DNA from: Candidatus Onthoplasma sp.
Lineage (GTDB): Bacteria; Bacillota; Clostridia; Christensenellales; UBA1242
NCBI GenBank assembly: GCA_045598895.1
Contig: JAZRUZ010000036.1
Span: 1-53,890 of the forward strand
Direction: 5' to 3'
DNA: 53,890 nt
Position numbers and translations under genes: made by a program. Position 1 is the stretch's first letter, and the number at the start of each line of letters is the position of its first letter. A model generated the notes under the pieces. That model ran no database searches and was not told the origin of the DNA. It saw nothing but the letters and a program-made list of their open reading frames with translations. Positions 18,742-28,834 of the stretch are shown piece by piece.

Positions 18742-18781
18742 CAAAAAAATCTCGCAGTGCGAGATTTTTTATTAATCTAAT
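18742..18781 (-). terminator. Terminator module, copy B (tuf terminator)
   Basis: Same hairpin as copy A, starting 3 nt after the tuf stop. Confidence 0.7.
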
Positions 18782-18784
18782 AGA

Positions 18785-19990
18785 TTATTTAATGATTTCA
18801 GCAACTACGCCTGAACCAACTGTTCTACCACCTTCACGGATAGCGAATCTCATACCCTTTTCAATAGCGATTGGGTGGATAAGTTCGATTTCCATAGTGA
18901 TGTTATCGCCTGGCATAACCATTTCAACTCCGTCTGGAAGTTTGATTGAACCAGTAATATCAGTAGTTCTAACATAGAATTGAGGACGATATCCATTGAA
19001 GGATGGAGTATGACGTCCACCTTCTTCTTTCTTCAAAACGTATACTTCAGCCTTGAATTGAGTATGTGGAGTAATTGAACCTGGTTTAGCAAGTACTTGT
19101 CCACGCTCGATTTCAGTTCTGTCGATACCACGAAGAAGCAATCCAGCGTTATCTCCTGAACGAGCTTCGTCAAGTGATTTACGGAACATTTCGATACCTG
19201 TAATAACTACTTTACGAGTTTCTTTAATACCTACCAACTCAACTTCTTCGTTAAGTTTAACAGTACCACGTTCTACTCTACCTGTAGCAACAGTACCACG
19301 ACCAGTAATTGAGAATACATCTTCAACTGGCATTAAGAAAGGTTTATCGTTATCACGAACTGGATCTGGGATGTAAGAATCAACAGCATCCATTAATTCT
19401 TTGATACAAGCGCAAGCTGGATCATCAGTGTTACCAGCAGTAGCAGCTTCCAAAGCCTTTAATGCAGAACCCTTAATAACTGGAGTAGTATCTCCTGGGA
19501 ATCCATATGAAGACAACAAGTCTCTGATTTCCATTTCTACTAAGTCTAAGATTTCTGGGTCATCAACTTGGTCTACCTTATTCATGAATACAATAATGTA
19601 TGGAACACCTACTTGACGAGCAAGCAAAATGTGTTCTTTAGTTTGAGGCATTGGACCATCTGTTGAAGCAACAACAAGGATAGCACCATCCATTTGTGCA
19701 GCACCAGTAATCATGTTTTTAACGTAGTCAGCGTGTCCTGGGCAGTCTACGTGAGCATAGTGACGTTTATCAGTCTCATACTCAATGTGTGATGTATTGA
19801 TTGTGATTCCACGTGCTCTCTCTTCTGGAGTGTTATCAATATCTGCGTAACCTTTATCGTCAGCTTGGTGACCAGTTTTACTCAAATATACATTGATAGC
19901 AGCAGTTAAAGTAGTCTTACCGTGGTCTACGTGACCAATTGTACCAATATTACAATGTGGTTTAGATCTATCAAATTTAGCTTTAGCCAT
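18785..19990 (-). CDS. tuf: Elongation factor Tu
   Basis: [17 protein letters not shown] and NKVD motifs; 401 aa. Confidence 0.97.
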   Translation of the reverse strand: MAKAKFDRSKPHCNIGTIGHVDHGKTTLTAAINVYLSKTGHQADDKGYADIDNTPEERARGITINTSHIEYETDKRHYAHVDCPGHADYVKNMITGAAQMDGAILVVASTDGPMPQTKEHILLARQVGVPYIIVFMNKVDQVDDPEILDLVEMEIRDLLSSYGFPGDTTPVIKGSALKALEAATAGNTDDPACACIKELMDAVDSYIPDPVRDNDKPFLMPVEDVFSITGRGTVATGRVERGTVKLNEEVELVGIKETRKVVITGIEMFRKSLDEARSGDNAGLLLRGIDRTEIERGQVLAKPGSITPHTQFKAEVYVLKKEEGGRHTPSFNGYRPQFYVRTTDITGSIKLPDGVEMVMPGDNITMEIELIHPIAIEKGMRFAIREGGRTVGSGVVAEIIK

Positions 19991-20024
19991 AATATAAAAT
20001 TCTCCTTTTTAATTAAACAATTAT

Positions 20025-20054
20025 ATTTTACATTTTATTATGGACCAATGTCAA
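20025..20054 (-). promoter_or_regulatory. Internal tuf promoter (TTGACA-18 nt-TAAAAT)
   Basis: -35 at 20049-20054 and -10 at 20025-20030, in the fusA-tuf spacer. Confidence 0.5.
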
Positions 20055-20103
20055 GCAATTTTACATACTTTTTTGATCCATAATAATTTGTTAAATATTT
20101 AGA

Positions 20104-22185
20104 TTATTCTTCGCTAGCCTTTCTTTCGCCAATGATTTTATCACTAACGTTTTTAGGGCATTCAGCATACTTTTCAAATACCATTGTGAAGTCTGCTCTA
20201 CCTTGGGTAGTACCACGAAGGTCAGTTGTGTAACCGAACATTTCAGACAATGGAACTTCGGCATGAATTGTAACGTTACCGTTAACAGTATCAGTACCTG
20301 TCAAAACTCCTCTACGAGAAGTAAGTCCACCCATAACACCACCAAGATATTCTTCTGGAGTGTTAACTTCAACTTTCATAATAGGTTCAAGTAAAACTGG
20401 GTCTGCCTTTCTCATAGCTTCTTTAAATGCCATAGATCCTGCGATCTTAAATGCCATTTCGCTTGAGTCGACATCGTGGTAAGAACCGTCGTAAACGTTA
20501 ACTTTGAAGTCAATTGTTTCGTATCCAGCAAGTACACCAGATTTCTTAGCTTCTTGAATACCAGCATCAATTGGAGCGATGAATTCTTTAGGAATAGCAC
20601 CACCGACAACGGTATTTTCGAAGACATAACCTTTATCTCTTTCAAGAGGTTCCATCTTAATCTTACAGTGACCATATTGTCCACGACCACCAGATTGTTT
20701 AATATACTTTCCTTCAGCTTCAACAGCACGACGGATAGTCTCTTTGTAAGCAACTTGTGGGCGACCAACATTTACTTCAACATTAAATTCACGTTTCATA
20801 CGGTCAACCAAAATATCAAGGTGAAGTTCTCCCATACCAGCGATAATTGTTTGACCAGTTTGGTCATTAGTGTATGCCTTAAATGTAGGATCTTCTTCCA
20901 TCAATTTTTGAAGAGCAATACCAAGTTTTTCTTGTGCTTGCTTGTCTTTTGGTTCAATAGCCTCTTCAATAACTGGTTTCATGAATTCCATATCTTCAAG
21001 TTTAATAGGGTGATTTTCATCACAAAGAGTGTCACCTGTACCTGTTGCTTTAAGACCAACAACAGCACATATGTCCCCTGCTAATACTTCATCAATATCA
21101 GTTCTTGAGTTTGCGTGCATGTGAAGCAAACGACCAATTCTTTCTTTCTTATCTTTACTTGAATTAAGAACATAAGAACCAGCAGCAAGTTTACCACTAT
21201 ACACACGAATAAATGTAATACGACCAACATATGGGTCAGTAGCAATCTTAAATGCAAGTGCTGCGAAAGGTTCGTCATCACTGTTGTTACGAGTAACTTG
21301 ACTTCCGTCAGCAAGTGTACCAGTAATTGCTGGTACGTCAATTGGGCTAGGCATATATTCAACGATTGCATCAAGCAATTCTTGAATACCTTTGTTTCTA
21401 GCAGCAGTTCCACAAAGAACAGGGAACATTTGAAGACTACAAGTAGCCTTTCTAATGCCAGCCTTGATTTCTTTTTCAGTGAGTTCTTCACCAGAGAAGA
21501 ATTTTTCTAACAATGCTTCGTCAGTTTCAGCAACTGATTCAATCATTTTTTGTCTGTATTCTTGAGCCTCAGCGAGCATATCAGCTGGGATTTCTTCCTC
21601 TCTAACATCTTTTCCAAGATCATCATAGAATACGTATGCTTTCATCTTAATAAGATCAACAATTCCTTTAAAAGTTTCAGCTTGACCAATAGGAAGTTGA
21701 AGTGGAACAACATTTGCTCCTAATACATCTTTCATTGATTTAACTGCTTTCAAGAAATTTGCATCATTGATATCCATCTTGTTTACGAAACAAAGTCTTG
21801 GAACATTGAATTTACTAGCTTGACGCCAAACATTTTCTGATTGTGGTTGAACGCCAGCTCTTGCACTGAATAATGCAACAGCACCGTCCAATACTTTCAA
21901 TGAACGTTCAACTTCTACTGTAAAGTCAACGTGTCCTGGAGTATCAATAATATTAATAGTACAATCTTGCCATTTACAAGTAGTACAAGCAGAAGTGATA
22001 GTGATACCACGTTCTTGTTCTTGTGCCATCCAGTCCATAGTAGCTTGTCCATCATGAACTTCACCTAACTTATGGTTGATACCTGTATAGAACAAAATTC
22101 TTTCTGTTGTAGTTGTTTTACCAGTATCGATGTGAGCCATGATACCGATATTTCTAATTTTTTCCAATGGAACAGTTCTAGCCAT
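20104..22185 (-). CDS. fusA: Elongation factor G
   Basis: 693 aa with AHIDTGKTT and DTPGHVDF; follows rpsG. Confidence 0.97.
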   Translation of the reverse strand: MARTVPLEKIRNIGIMAHIDTGKTTTTERILFYTGINHKLGEVHDGQATMDWMAQEQERGITITSACTTCKWQDCTINIIDTPGHVDFTVEVERSLKVLDGAVALFSARAGVQPQSENVWRQASKFNVPRLCFVNKMDINDANFLKAVKSMKDVLGANVVPLQLPIGQAETFKGIVDLIKMKAYVFYDDLGKDVREEEIPADMLAEAQEYRQKMIESVAETDEALLEKFFSGEELTEKEIKAGIRKATCSLQMFPVLCGTAARNKGIQELLDAIVEYMPSPIDVPAITGTLADGSQVTRNNSDDEPFAALAFKIATDPYVGRITFIRVYSGKLAAGSYVLNSSKDKKERIGRLLHMHANSRTDIDEVLAGDICAVVGLKATGTGDTLCDENHPIKLEDMEFMKPVIEEAIEPKDKQAQEKLGIALQKLMEEDPTFKAYTNDQTGQTIIAGMGELHLDILVDRMKREFNVEVNVGRPQVAYKETIRRAVEAEGKYIKQSGGRGQYGHCKIKMEPLERDKGYVFENTVVGGAIPKEFIAPIDAGIQEAKKSGVLAGYETIDFKVNVYDGSYHDVDSSEMAFKIAGSMAFKEAMRKADPVLLEPIMKVEVNTPEEYLGGVMGGLTSRRGVLTGTDTVNGNVTIHAEVPLSEMFGYTTDLRGTTQGRADFTMVFEKYAECPKNVSDKIIGERKASEE

Positions 22186-22200
22186 TTTTCCCCCTTATAA

Positions 22201-22671
22201 TTACCAACGATAGTGAGCGAAAGCCTTGTTAGCTTCTGCTTGTCTATGCATATCGTCACGTTTTCTAATTGCACCACCTGCTAAATTACAAGCGTCTACA
22301 ATTTCAGCTGCAAGTCTTGCTTCCATACCACGTTCATTACGCTTTCTAGCGCATTCAACTAACCAACGGATTGCAAGAGTTTGTTGTCTTTCAGCACTAA
22401 CATCCATAGGAACTTGATAGTTAGCACCACCAACACGTCTAGCTTTAGTTTCAAGTTTTGGTTTGATGTTCTCGATAGCTTTGTTTAAAGTTTCAAGAGC
22501 TTCTTCACCAGTCTTTTCACTAGCATTTTTCATAGCAGTATAAACGATAGATTGAGCAATACCTTTCTTTCCGTCTAACATAACTTGATTGATAACTTTA
22601 CTAACCAAGATTGAGTTGTAAACTGAATCAGGTAATACTTCACGTTTAACAGCCGCATTTCTTCTTGACAT
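22201..22671 (-). CDS. rpsG: 30S ribosomal protein S7
   Basis: 156 aa, [15 protein letters not shown]... ending ...AFAHYRW. Confidence 0.97.
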   Translation of the reverse strand: MSRRNAAVKREVLPDSVYNSILVSKVINQVMLDGKKGIAQSIVYTAMKNASEKTGEEALETLNKAIENIKPKLETKARRVGGANYQVPMDVSAERQQTLAIRWLVECARKRNERGMEARLAAEIVDACNLAGGAIRKRDDMHRQAEANKAFAHYRW

Positions 22672-22815
22672 AAATATTTCTCCTTTATTAAATTTTTAAT
22701 CTAAATTCACTTTTCGCACTGAATAATTTTTTAAAATATTAATTATGTATAAACGATTATTTAAAAACAATCCTTTTTTTTATAAAATTTTAAATTAAGT
22801 TGTCCTTAAATAACC

Positions 22816-22941
22816 GAAGGCGAAAAGTCTAAATAACATCCTATTCAAAAGAGTAGGAAGAAGGGAAAAGCATTTGTCCCTTCTTATTAAGCGAGCAAAC
22901 AGCCTAAAAGTGCTAAATTTTTTCGCTTGACAACTAATTAG
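22816..22941. repeat. Structured intergenic element, copy 1 (126 nt)
   Basis: About 96% identical to 23019-23144. Contains an 8-bp stem TCCTATTC/GAGTAGGA with an AAAA loop and a 9-bp stem AAGAAGGGA/TCCCTTCTT. GCGAAAA pairs terminally with TTTTCGC. Confidence 0.8.
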
Positions 22942-23018
22942 TATAGACTATTGCTTCTATTATATCCTTATCAAAGGGTTTATATTAAAGGGGAAAATCT
23001 GTTTCCCATTTAATAATA

Positions 23019-23144
23019 GAAGGCGAAAAGTCTAATAACATCCTATTCAAAAGAGTAGGAAGAAGGGAAAAAGCATTTGTCCCTTCTTATTAAGCGAGCA
23101 AACAGCCTAAAAGTGCTAAATTTGTTCGCTTGCGAACTAATTAG
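23019..23144. repeat. Structured intergenic element, copy 2 (126 nt)
   Basis: Direct repeat of copy 1, 203 nt away, ending 8 nt from the rpsL stop. Has the same stems, plus GCGAGCAAA/TTTGTTCGC and a GTTCG-CTTG-CGAAC hairpin. Confidence 0.8.
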
Positions 23145-23152
23145 CTAAAAGG

Positions 23153-23524
23153 CTACTTTGCTCGCTTAGCGCCATATTTACTTCTACCTTGTTTACGATT
23201 TTGAACAGCAGCTGTATCCAATGCGCCACGAACAACGTGATATCTTACACCTGGAAGGTCTGGAACACGTCCGCCACGAACTAATACGACGTTGTGTTCT
23301 TGAAGATTGTGTCCTTCACCTGGAATGTAGCAAGTTGTTTCTTTGCCATTAGATAAACGAACACGACAAATCTTACGTAAAGCTGAGTTAGGTTTCTTTG
23401 GAGTAGTAGTAGTAACTGTCAAACAAACACCACGTTTTTGTGGGCAGTTCTCAAGCAAAATTGATTGAGATTTTGTAACTTGTTGTTTTCTACCTTTTCT
23501 AACCAATTGATTAACTGTAGGCAT
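23153..23524 (-). CDS. rpsL: 30S ribosomal protein S12
   Basis: [12 protein letters not shown]... 123 aa. Confidence 0.97.
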   Translation of the reverse strand: MPTVNQLVRKGRKQQVTKSQSILLENCPQKRGVCLTVTTTTPKKPNSALRKICRVRLSNGKETTCYIPGEGHNLQEHNVVLVRGGRVPDLPGVRYHVVRGALDTAAVQNRKQGRSKYGAKRAK

Positions 23525-23706
23525 TATATCCTCCTTAAAAATTTTCTATATATTATTAAACACTCAAAACAATTTCAAGTCATTCAATAAAAATTTTTGA
23601 TTTTACCTAAATCAAGAAAAGTTTAGTTTTAATAAACTAACAAAAGCAACCACTTTTGGCTTACGCCAAGTAATGACAAAGCAGCACGTTTGTACAATAC
23701 TGTTTA

Positions 23707-23735
23707 ATTATACCTAATTTCAACTCTAATGTCAA
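23707..23735 (-). promoter_or_regulatory. Consensus str-operon promoter (TTGACA-17 nt-TATAAT)
   Basis: -35 at 23730-23735 and -10 at 23707-23712. Leaves a leader of about 175 nt before rpsL. Confidence 0.6.
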
Positions 23736-23780
23736 TATTTTGAGTAAAAAATAATGAATTATTTTCACTATTTTAAAACA

Positions 23781-23810
23781 AAAAAACGACTCGTGATTGA
23801 GTCATTTTTT
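23781..23810 (-). terminator. Terminator after rplQ
   Basis: GACTC / GAGTC hairpin (23788-23803) flanked by A7 and T7. The stem is short. Confidence 0.45.
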
Positions 23811-23815
23811 TATAA

Positions 23816-24322
23816 TTAAATCAATTCGATAATACACATTTCAGCATTGTCACCTTTACGAAGGCCAAGTTTAATTATACGAGTATAACCACCCTTTTGA
23901 CCAACTTCTTTTGCTCTTGCATCATATTTTGGTGCATAAACGTTGAAGATTTTTTCGATTAAAGGATTTTTAATATTGTCTATACGAGCAAGGAAATCTG
24001 CCTTCTTTTCACCTGGTTTACGTTCTTCTTTAACAGAATAAACTTTAGCCATGATCTTTCTTCTAGCAGCAAGTTTCTTTGGACCATCGTTCATAACTTC
24101 TTTAGTTGTCTTGTTACCTTTTGCGTCAACAACGTTCTTTTGAACAGATACAACATCTTCATAAGAGTTGATAGCAAGAGTTAAGATTTTTTCAGCGTAT
24201 GATTTCAATGATTTTGCTCTAGCAACAGTAGTCTCAATTTTACCTTTCCAAAGAAGATCAGTTGCTTGATTTCTCATAATAGCCAATCTTGCTTCAGTAG
24301 GACGACCTAATTTTGAATTCAT
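23816..24322 (-). CDS. rplQ: 50S ribosomal protein L17 (long form, 168 aa)
   Basis: KLGRPTEARLAIMRN N-terminus and GGYTRIIKLGLRKGDNAEMCIIELI C-terminus, with an internal insertion of about 45 aa relative to 120-aa L17s. Confidence 0.93.
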   Translation of the reverse strand: MNSKLGRPTEARLAIMRNQATDLLWKGKIETTVARAKSLKSYAEKILTLAINSYEDVVSVQKNVVDAKGNKTTKEVMNDGPKKLAARRKIMAKVYSVKEERKPGEKKADFLARIDNIKNPLIEKIFNVYAPKYDARAKEVGQKGGYTRIIKLGLRKGDNAEMCIIELI

Positions 24323-24379
24323 ATGTCATTCTCCTTTTTAGATTTTTCTTTATGCAATTTAGAGTTTCTAAATTAAATT

Positions 24380-25339
24380 TTAATAATTGTCATTATTGCT
24401 ATCTAAGTTAATACCATAAGATTCAAGTTTAGCGATAACTTCTTCCATAGATTTAGCACCCATGTTACGAACTTTCATCATTTCAGCACGACTCTTCTTA
24501 GCGAGGTCGCCAACTGTATCGATTCCAGCACGTTTCAAGCAGTTATAACTACGAACACTTAATTCCATTTCTTCGATAGGTTTTTCGAACAATTTAGTTT
24601 GTTCATCTTCTTTTCTAGCCACTAAAATATTCATTCCGTCCATACCTTCAACAAGTTCAACGAACATATTTGAGTAGTCGTTTAATAATTTAGCAGAAAG
24701 AGCAACAACTTCTTTAGCACTAACTGTACCACGAGTTTGAACATCGAGCACAAGTTTATCATAGTCAAGACTACGACCAACACGGCTAGATTGAACTTCA
24801 AAAGTTACACGTTTTACAGGAGTAAATAAAGAGTCGATTGCAATGTAATCTACTTCGTCTGAGAAACCTTTGTTAAGGTTAGCAGCAACGAATCCACGAC
24901 CACGACCAACGTACATTGTGATATCAAGGTCAGCGTCATCATCAAGAGTACAAATATATTGTTCTGGATTGATGATAGTGATTCCATCTTCACAAATGAT
25001 GTCTTTAGCGTATAATTCGCCAGCACCTTTCTTTCTCAAAGTCATAGTACCTTTGAAATCTTCATCTTTACTTTCAGTTTTAACAGCGACTTCTTTAAGA
25101 TTCAAAACGATATCCGGAACGTCTTCTGTAACACCTTTTATAGTTGAAAACTCATGTAAAACGTCTTTGATTTTTACGCCAACGATAGCAGCGCCTGGAA
25201 GAGATGAAAGTAAAGTTCTTCTAAGCATATTACCGATAGTGATACCAAAGCCTTTTTCCATTGGTTCAACAGTGATTACAGCATGAGCGCCGTTGTCAAG
25301 TTCTTCTAAAAGTATTTTTGGTTTTTCGATTTCCATCAT
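24380..25339 (-). CDS. rpoA: DNA-directed RNA polymerase subunit alpha
   Basis: 319 aa. GNMLRRTLLSSLPG in the NTD and LSVRSYNCLKRAGI in the CTD. Confidence 0.97.
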   Translation of the reverse strand: MMEIEKPKILLEELDNGAHAVITVEPMEKGFGITIGNMLRRTLLSSLPGAAIVGVKIKDVLHEFSTIKGVTEDVPDIVLNLKEVAVKTESKDEDFKGTMTLRKKGAGELYAKDIICEDGITIINPEQYICTLDDDADLDITMYVGRGRGFVAANLNKGFSDEVDYIAIDSLFTPVKRVTFEVQSSRVGRSLDYDKLVLDVQTRGTVSAKEVVALSAKLLNDYSNMFVELVEGMDGMNILVARKEDEQTKLFEKPIEEMELSVRSYNCLKRAGIDTVGDLAKKSRAEMMKVRNMGAKSMEEVIAKLESYGINLDSNNDNY

Positions 25340-25354
25340 AATTAAATTCTCCTA

Positions 25355-25972
25355 TTATCTTGAATAGTATTCAACAATCAAGTGTTCTTGTATATTTAAG
25401 TCAATGTCATCTCTTTCAGGTCTAGCTAAAACTTTTCCTGACAAAGTGTTTGAATCAAATTCTAACCACTTTGGAGTATTAACTTTTTGACCTTTGAGAC
25501 TACTAAACATTTCAATAGCTTGTTTAGATTCTTTAACAGCGATTACATCACCAACTTTAACTTGGTAAGAAGGAATATTTACCTTTTTACCGTTAACGGT
25601 GATGTGACCGTGGTTAACGATTTGTCTAGATTCTGCTCTAGACACACCTAAACCAAAACGATATACAACATTATCAAGTCTTTGCTCTAACATACGAAGT
25701 AATTCTAAACCTGTAGATTCTTTGCTAGCAGCAGCCTTTTCATAATAGATTCTAAATTGTTTTTCAAGCATGCAATATGCTCTTCTAACTTTTTGTTTTT
25801 CACGTAATTGCAATCCGTATTCTGAAACTTTCTTTCTAGCGTCAGCATGTTGTCCTGGAACAACCGGACGTTTCTCGAAAGCACAGTGAGTTAAACATCT
25901 TTCACCTTTAAGGAAAAGTTTGCAACCTTCTCTACGGCATTGTTTACACTTTGCACTAGTATTTTTTGCCAT
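25355..25972 (-). CDS. rpsD: 30S ribosomal protein S4 (Cys-rich N-terminus)
   Basis: 205 aa. CKQCRREGCKLFLKGERC zinc-finger-like N-terminus and an S4 domain. Confidence 0.96.
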   Translation of the reverse strand: MAKNTSAKCKQCRREGCKLFLKGERCLTHCAFEKRPVVPGQHADARKKVSEYGLQLREKQKVRRAYCMLEKQFRIYYEKAAASKESTGLELLRMLEQRLDNVVYRFGLGVSRAESRQIVNHGHITVNGKKVNIPSYQVKVGDVIAVKESKQAIEMFSSLKGQKVNTPKWLEFDSNTLSGKVLARPERDDIDLNIQEHLIVEYYSR

Positions 25973-25980
25973 ATTTCCTC

Positions 25981-26367
25981 CTATAATCTTCTCTTCTTAG
26001 GTGGTCTGCAACCATTGTGAGCGATAGGTGATACATCACGGATCATAGTTACTTGAAGTCCTGCTGTACCAACAGCTCTAATAGCAGATTCACGAGCAAC
26101 ACCAGCGCCCTTAACGAAAACAGCAACTTTAGTTACACCAAATTTGCTAGCATTAGCAAGACAAGCCTCAACAGCGTCTTGAGCAGCAAATGGGGTAGTC
26201 TTTTTAGCGCCACGGTTTCCCCTAGCACCAGCACTGCATTGAGCCAAAGCATTACCTTGACCATCTGTAAGAGTTACTAATGTGTTGTTAGCGTTAGCAA
26301 AAATGTGAACTTGACCTTCGCCATTGCTAACTAAAATTTTCTTTTTCTTTGTATCTTTAACAGCCAT
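25981..26367 (-). CDS. rpsK: 30S ribosomal protein S11
   Basis: 128 aa ending ...PIAHNGCRPPKKRRL. Confidence 0.97.
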   Translation of the reverse strand: MAVKDTKKKKILVSNGEGQVHIFANANNTLVTLTDGQGNALAQCSAGARGNRGAKKTTPFAAQDAVEACLANASKFGVTKVAVFVKGAGVARESAIRAVGTAGLQVTMIRDVSPIAHNGCRPPKKRRL

Positions 26368-26377
26368 AGTTTACTCC

Positions 26378-26746
26378 TTATTTCTTCTTGTTCGCCATAG
26401 TCTTTCTAGGACCTTTTACTGTACGAGCATTAGTCTTACTTGATTGACCACGAACTGGCAAATTAGCCAAATGTCTAAGACCTCTATAGCATCTAATTTC
26501 TTTTAAACGTTTGATGCTCATAGCGACGTCTTTTCTTTTTTCTCCTTCTACAACGAAATTAGCTTCTATGTATTTACGAATAGAAGCGATATCATTTTCA
26601 GAGAGATCTTTTACTCTAGTGTCTGGATTAATTCCTGTCTCTTTAAGAATTTTCTTTGCACTAGTATTTCCAATACCATAAATGTATGTAAGAGCAACTT
26701 CTACTCTTTTTTCATTAGGTAAATCCACGCCTGATATACGTGCCAT
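26378..26746 (-). CDS. rpsM: 30S ribosomal protein S13
   Basis: [15 protein letters not shown]... 122 aa. Confidence 0.97.
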   Translation of the reverse strand: MARISGVDLPNEKRVEVALTYIYGIGNTSAKKILKETGINPDTRVKDLSENDIASIRKYIEANFVVEGEKRKDVAMSIKRLKEIRCYRGLRHLANLPVRGQSSKTNARTVKGPRKTMANKKK

Positions 26747-26825
26747 TTTTTATTTCCTCCAATAAATTGTATTTTATTTACTCACAATATCAAATTGCCG
26801 CGAGATATTGTGCTAATTTTCAAAC

Positions 26826-26942
26826 TTAACCTTGACGTTGTTTATGTTTAGGTGATTTTGAACAGATAACCATAACTCTACCGTTACGTTTAATCACTTT
26901 ACATTTTTCGCACATTGGTTTAACTGATGGTCTAACTTTCAT
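26826..26942 (-). CDS. rpmJ: 50S ribosomal protein L36 (not in the ORF track)
   Basis: Manual translation gives [38 protein letters not shown], with a GGAGAA SD. Lies between infA and rpsM. Confidence 0.93.
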   Translation of the reverse strand: MKVRPSVKPMCEKCKVIKRNGRVMVICSKSPKHKQRQG

Positions 26943-26973
26943 GTTATTTTCTCCTTTTGAAATTTAAAAATTG

Positions 26974-27195
26974 TTAATTTTTATCACGCCAAATGATTCT
27001 ACCTTTAGTCAAATCATATGGACTCATTTCAACTTTCACTTTATCGCCTACTAATATACGAATAAAATTAGTGCGCAACTTACCTGAAATGTACGCTGTG
27101 ATAATGTGATTGTTCATAATTTGTACCTTAAAGTTCATATTGCCTAAAACTTCAACAACTTCACCTTCGGCTTCGATTACGTCTTCCTTTGACAT
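26974..27195 (-). CDS. infA: Translation initiation factor IF-1
   Basis: 73 aa, ...[14 protein letters not shown]. Confidence 0.96.
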   Translation of the reverse strand: MSKEDVIEAEGEVVEVLGNMNFKVQIMNNHIITAYISGKLRTNFIRILVGDKVKVEMSPYDLTKGRIIWRDKN

Positions 27196-27196
27196 A

Positions 27197-27469
27197 TTAC
27201 TCCTTATTATACTTTTCTATCAATTTATGAAATTCAGTATTTGTGACGATCGGTGAAGAAATCTTACTTAAAATTTCATCATCATGAGCCACAACTTGCA
27301 AATGTTTTGGATTTTTGAATTTTGGTTTATCTTTAGGTCTAAATTTACCATCTATTATAGCAATTTTTTCGTTTTTGTCAATATTTATCACTACAAAAAG
27401 TCTATCTTTGTCATGTCCAGATAGTGACCTTACTATATCCCCAATTTTAATATCAATATCCATTTTCAC
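27197..27469 (-). CDS. KOW-domain small RNA-binding protein
   Basis: 90 aa. [20 protein letters not shown] is KOW-like. As far as I recall, a gene in the map-infA position is seen in clostridial-type spc operons. Confidence 0.55.
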   Translation of the reverse strand: MKMDIDIKIGDIVRSLSGHDKDRLFVVINIDKNEKIAIIDGKFRPKDKPKFKNPKHLQVVAHDDEILSKISSPIVTNTEFHKLIEKYNKE

Positions 27470-28216
27470 CTACAATGTTAATATTTCAACACCGTCGTCA
27501 GTAATAACAACAGTATTTTCATAATGTGCACTAGGCAAACCATCAGCAGTTGACACTGTCCAATCGTTGTCCTCTAAATACACATCTCTTTTGCCTAAAG
27601 TAGACATTGGTTCGATAGCCAAAGTCATACCACTTTGAAGCACAATTCCTGAATTGTACTTACCATAATTTGGCACAGGAGGATCTTCATGTAAATGAGT
27701 TCCTACTCCGTGACCGACAAGTTCTCTAACCACGCCATATCCGTTAGATTCAAGATAATTTTGAATTCGGTTACTGATATTGCCTAATTTAGAACCAGCC
27801 TTAATATCTTTAATCCCTTCGAAAAAGGATTGTTTTGTGTCCTCTATAAGTTTACTAACTTCTAGTGACACGTTTCCCACTGGGAATGTTCTTGCAGCGT
27901 CGCTATAGAATCCGTCCCATATAACACCACAATCTATACTAATAATATCGCCATCTTGTAAAGGAACATTATCACAAAAGCCATGCACAACTTGATTGTT
28001 GACGCTGGCGCAAATTGTGAAAGGAAATCCTTCATAATTCAAGAAAGCAGGTTTTCCACCTTGACTAATTATGTAATCGTAGGCCAACTTGTCGAGGTGT
28101 AAACTAGTTTGACCTGGATAGATAGATTGCTCAAGCAAAGCAAGAGTATCTTTCAATATCTTGCCTGCTTTTCTCATCTTTTCTAAATCTGTTTCATTTT
28201 TAATAGTTATATTCAT
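27470..28216 (-). CDS. map: Methionine aminopeptidase type I
   Basis: 248 aa with metal ligand blocks (DIISIDCG, GHGVG, LAIEP). Confidence 0.95.
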   Translation of the reverse strand: MNITIKNETDLEKMRKAGKILKDTLALLEQSIYPGQTSLHLDKLAYDYIISQGGKPAFLNYEGFPFTICASVNNQVVHGFCDNVPLQDGDIISIDCGVIWDGFYSDAARTFPVGNVSLEVSKLIEDTKQSFFEGIKDIKAGSKLGNISNRIQNYLESNGYGVVRELVGHGVGTHLHEDPPVPNYGKYNSGIVLQSGMTLAIEPMSTLGKRDVYLEDNDWTVSTADGLPSAHYENTVVITDDGVEILTL

Positions 28217-28826
28217 TTAATACCTTCAAAACTGCGTCTAAAGTTTTATCAATATCATTTGCGTCAACTGAAATTACTTTAACACCTTGTTGTTTGTATT
28301 TCGTAATAAGCGGTAATGTAACTTGTTCATAAATACTAAATCTTTTGTTAATAGATTCCTCTGTATCATCTTCTCTAACTTTTAATTTTCCACCACAAAT
28401 TGGACAAACATAGTCATCAGTCTCAAATTTACTAGAAATATATCCACAATTTTCACAAGTAAGTCTATTGAGTAGCCTACTTGTAGCAAATTGCTTATCT
28501 AGTTCAAGATTAATAACTAAATCAACTTTGAGAAGTTCGTCTAATTTTTCAGCCTGTTCTAGAGTTCTTGGAAATCCATCAAAAACAACAATTTTCTTGT
28601 TTGCTTCTGAAATTTTCTTCTCAACTATTGGTAAGATAACTTCAGTGTCAACAAACAAACCATTATTTATTCTTGCTTTAATTTCTTCGCCAACTATAGA
28701 ACCGGTCTTAGTCTCATTCCTCAAAAGTTGTCCCATTGAAATAAGTGTGAAATCAATGTGCTTAAGAAGTCCTGATACAAGAGTTCCTTTTCCGGAACCC
28801 TGTATTCCTATTAGAACAATATTCAT
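28200..28826 (-). CDS. adk: Adenylate kinase (zinc-lid form)
   Basis: P-loop GIQGSGKGT and lid CENCG...CPICG. Confidence 0.92.
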   Translation of the reverse strand: MNIVLIGIQGSGKGTLVSGLLKHIDFTLISMGQLLRNETKTGSIVGEEIKARINNGLFVDTEVILPIVEKKISEANKKIVVFDGFPRTLEQAEKLDELLKVDLVINLELDKQFATSRLLNRLTCENCGYISSKFETDDYVCPICGGKLKVREDDTEESINKRFSIYEQVTLPLITKYKQQGVKVISVDANDIDKTLDAVLKVLNEYNY

Positions 28827-28834
28827 TTACGCCC

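Noticed and set aside
20476-21084. 202-aa antisense ORF inside fusA, and similar shadow ORFs (for example 24870-25286, 28468-28920, 33914-34348, 34711-35160, 38770-39165, 3518-3886, 37602-37943)
   Set aside because: All are fully contained within, and antisense or out of frame to, highly conserved genes. Their composition is low-complexity, typical of shadow frames in AT-rich DNA.
26783-26812. 9-bp hairpin CACAATATC/GATATTGTG between rpmJ and rpsM as a terminator
   Set aside because: No U-run follows on the operon strand, and rpsM has its SD right after it. It is probably just an intercistronic stem-loop, and I cannot support a specific function.
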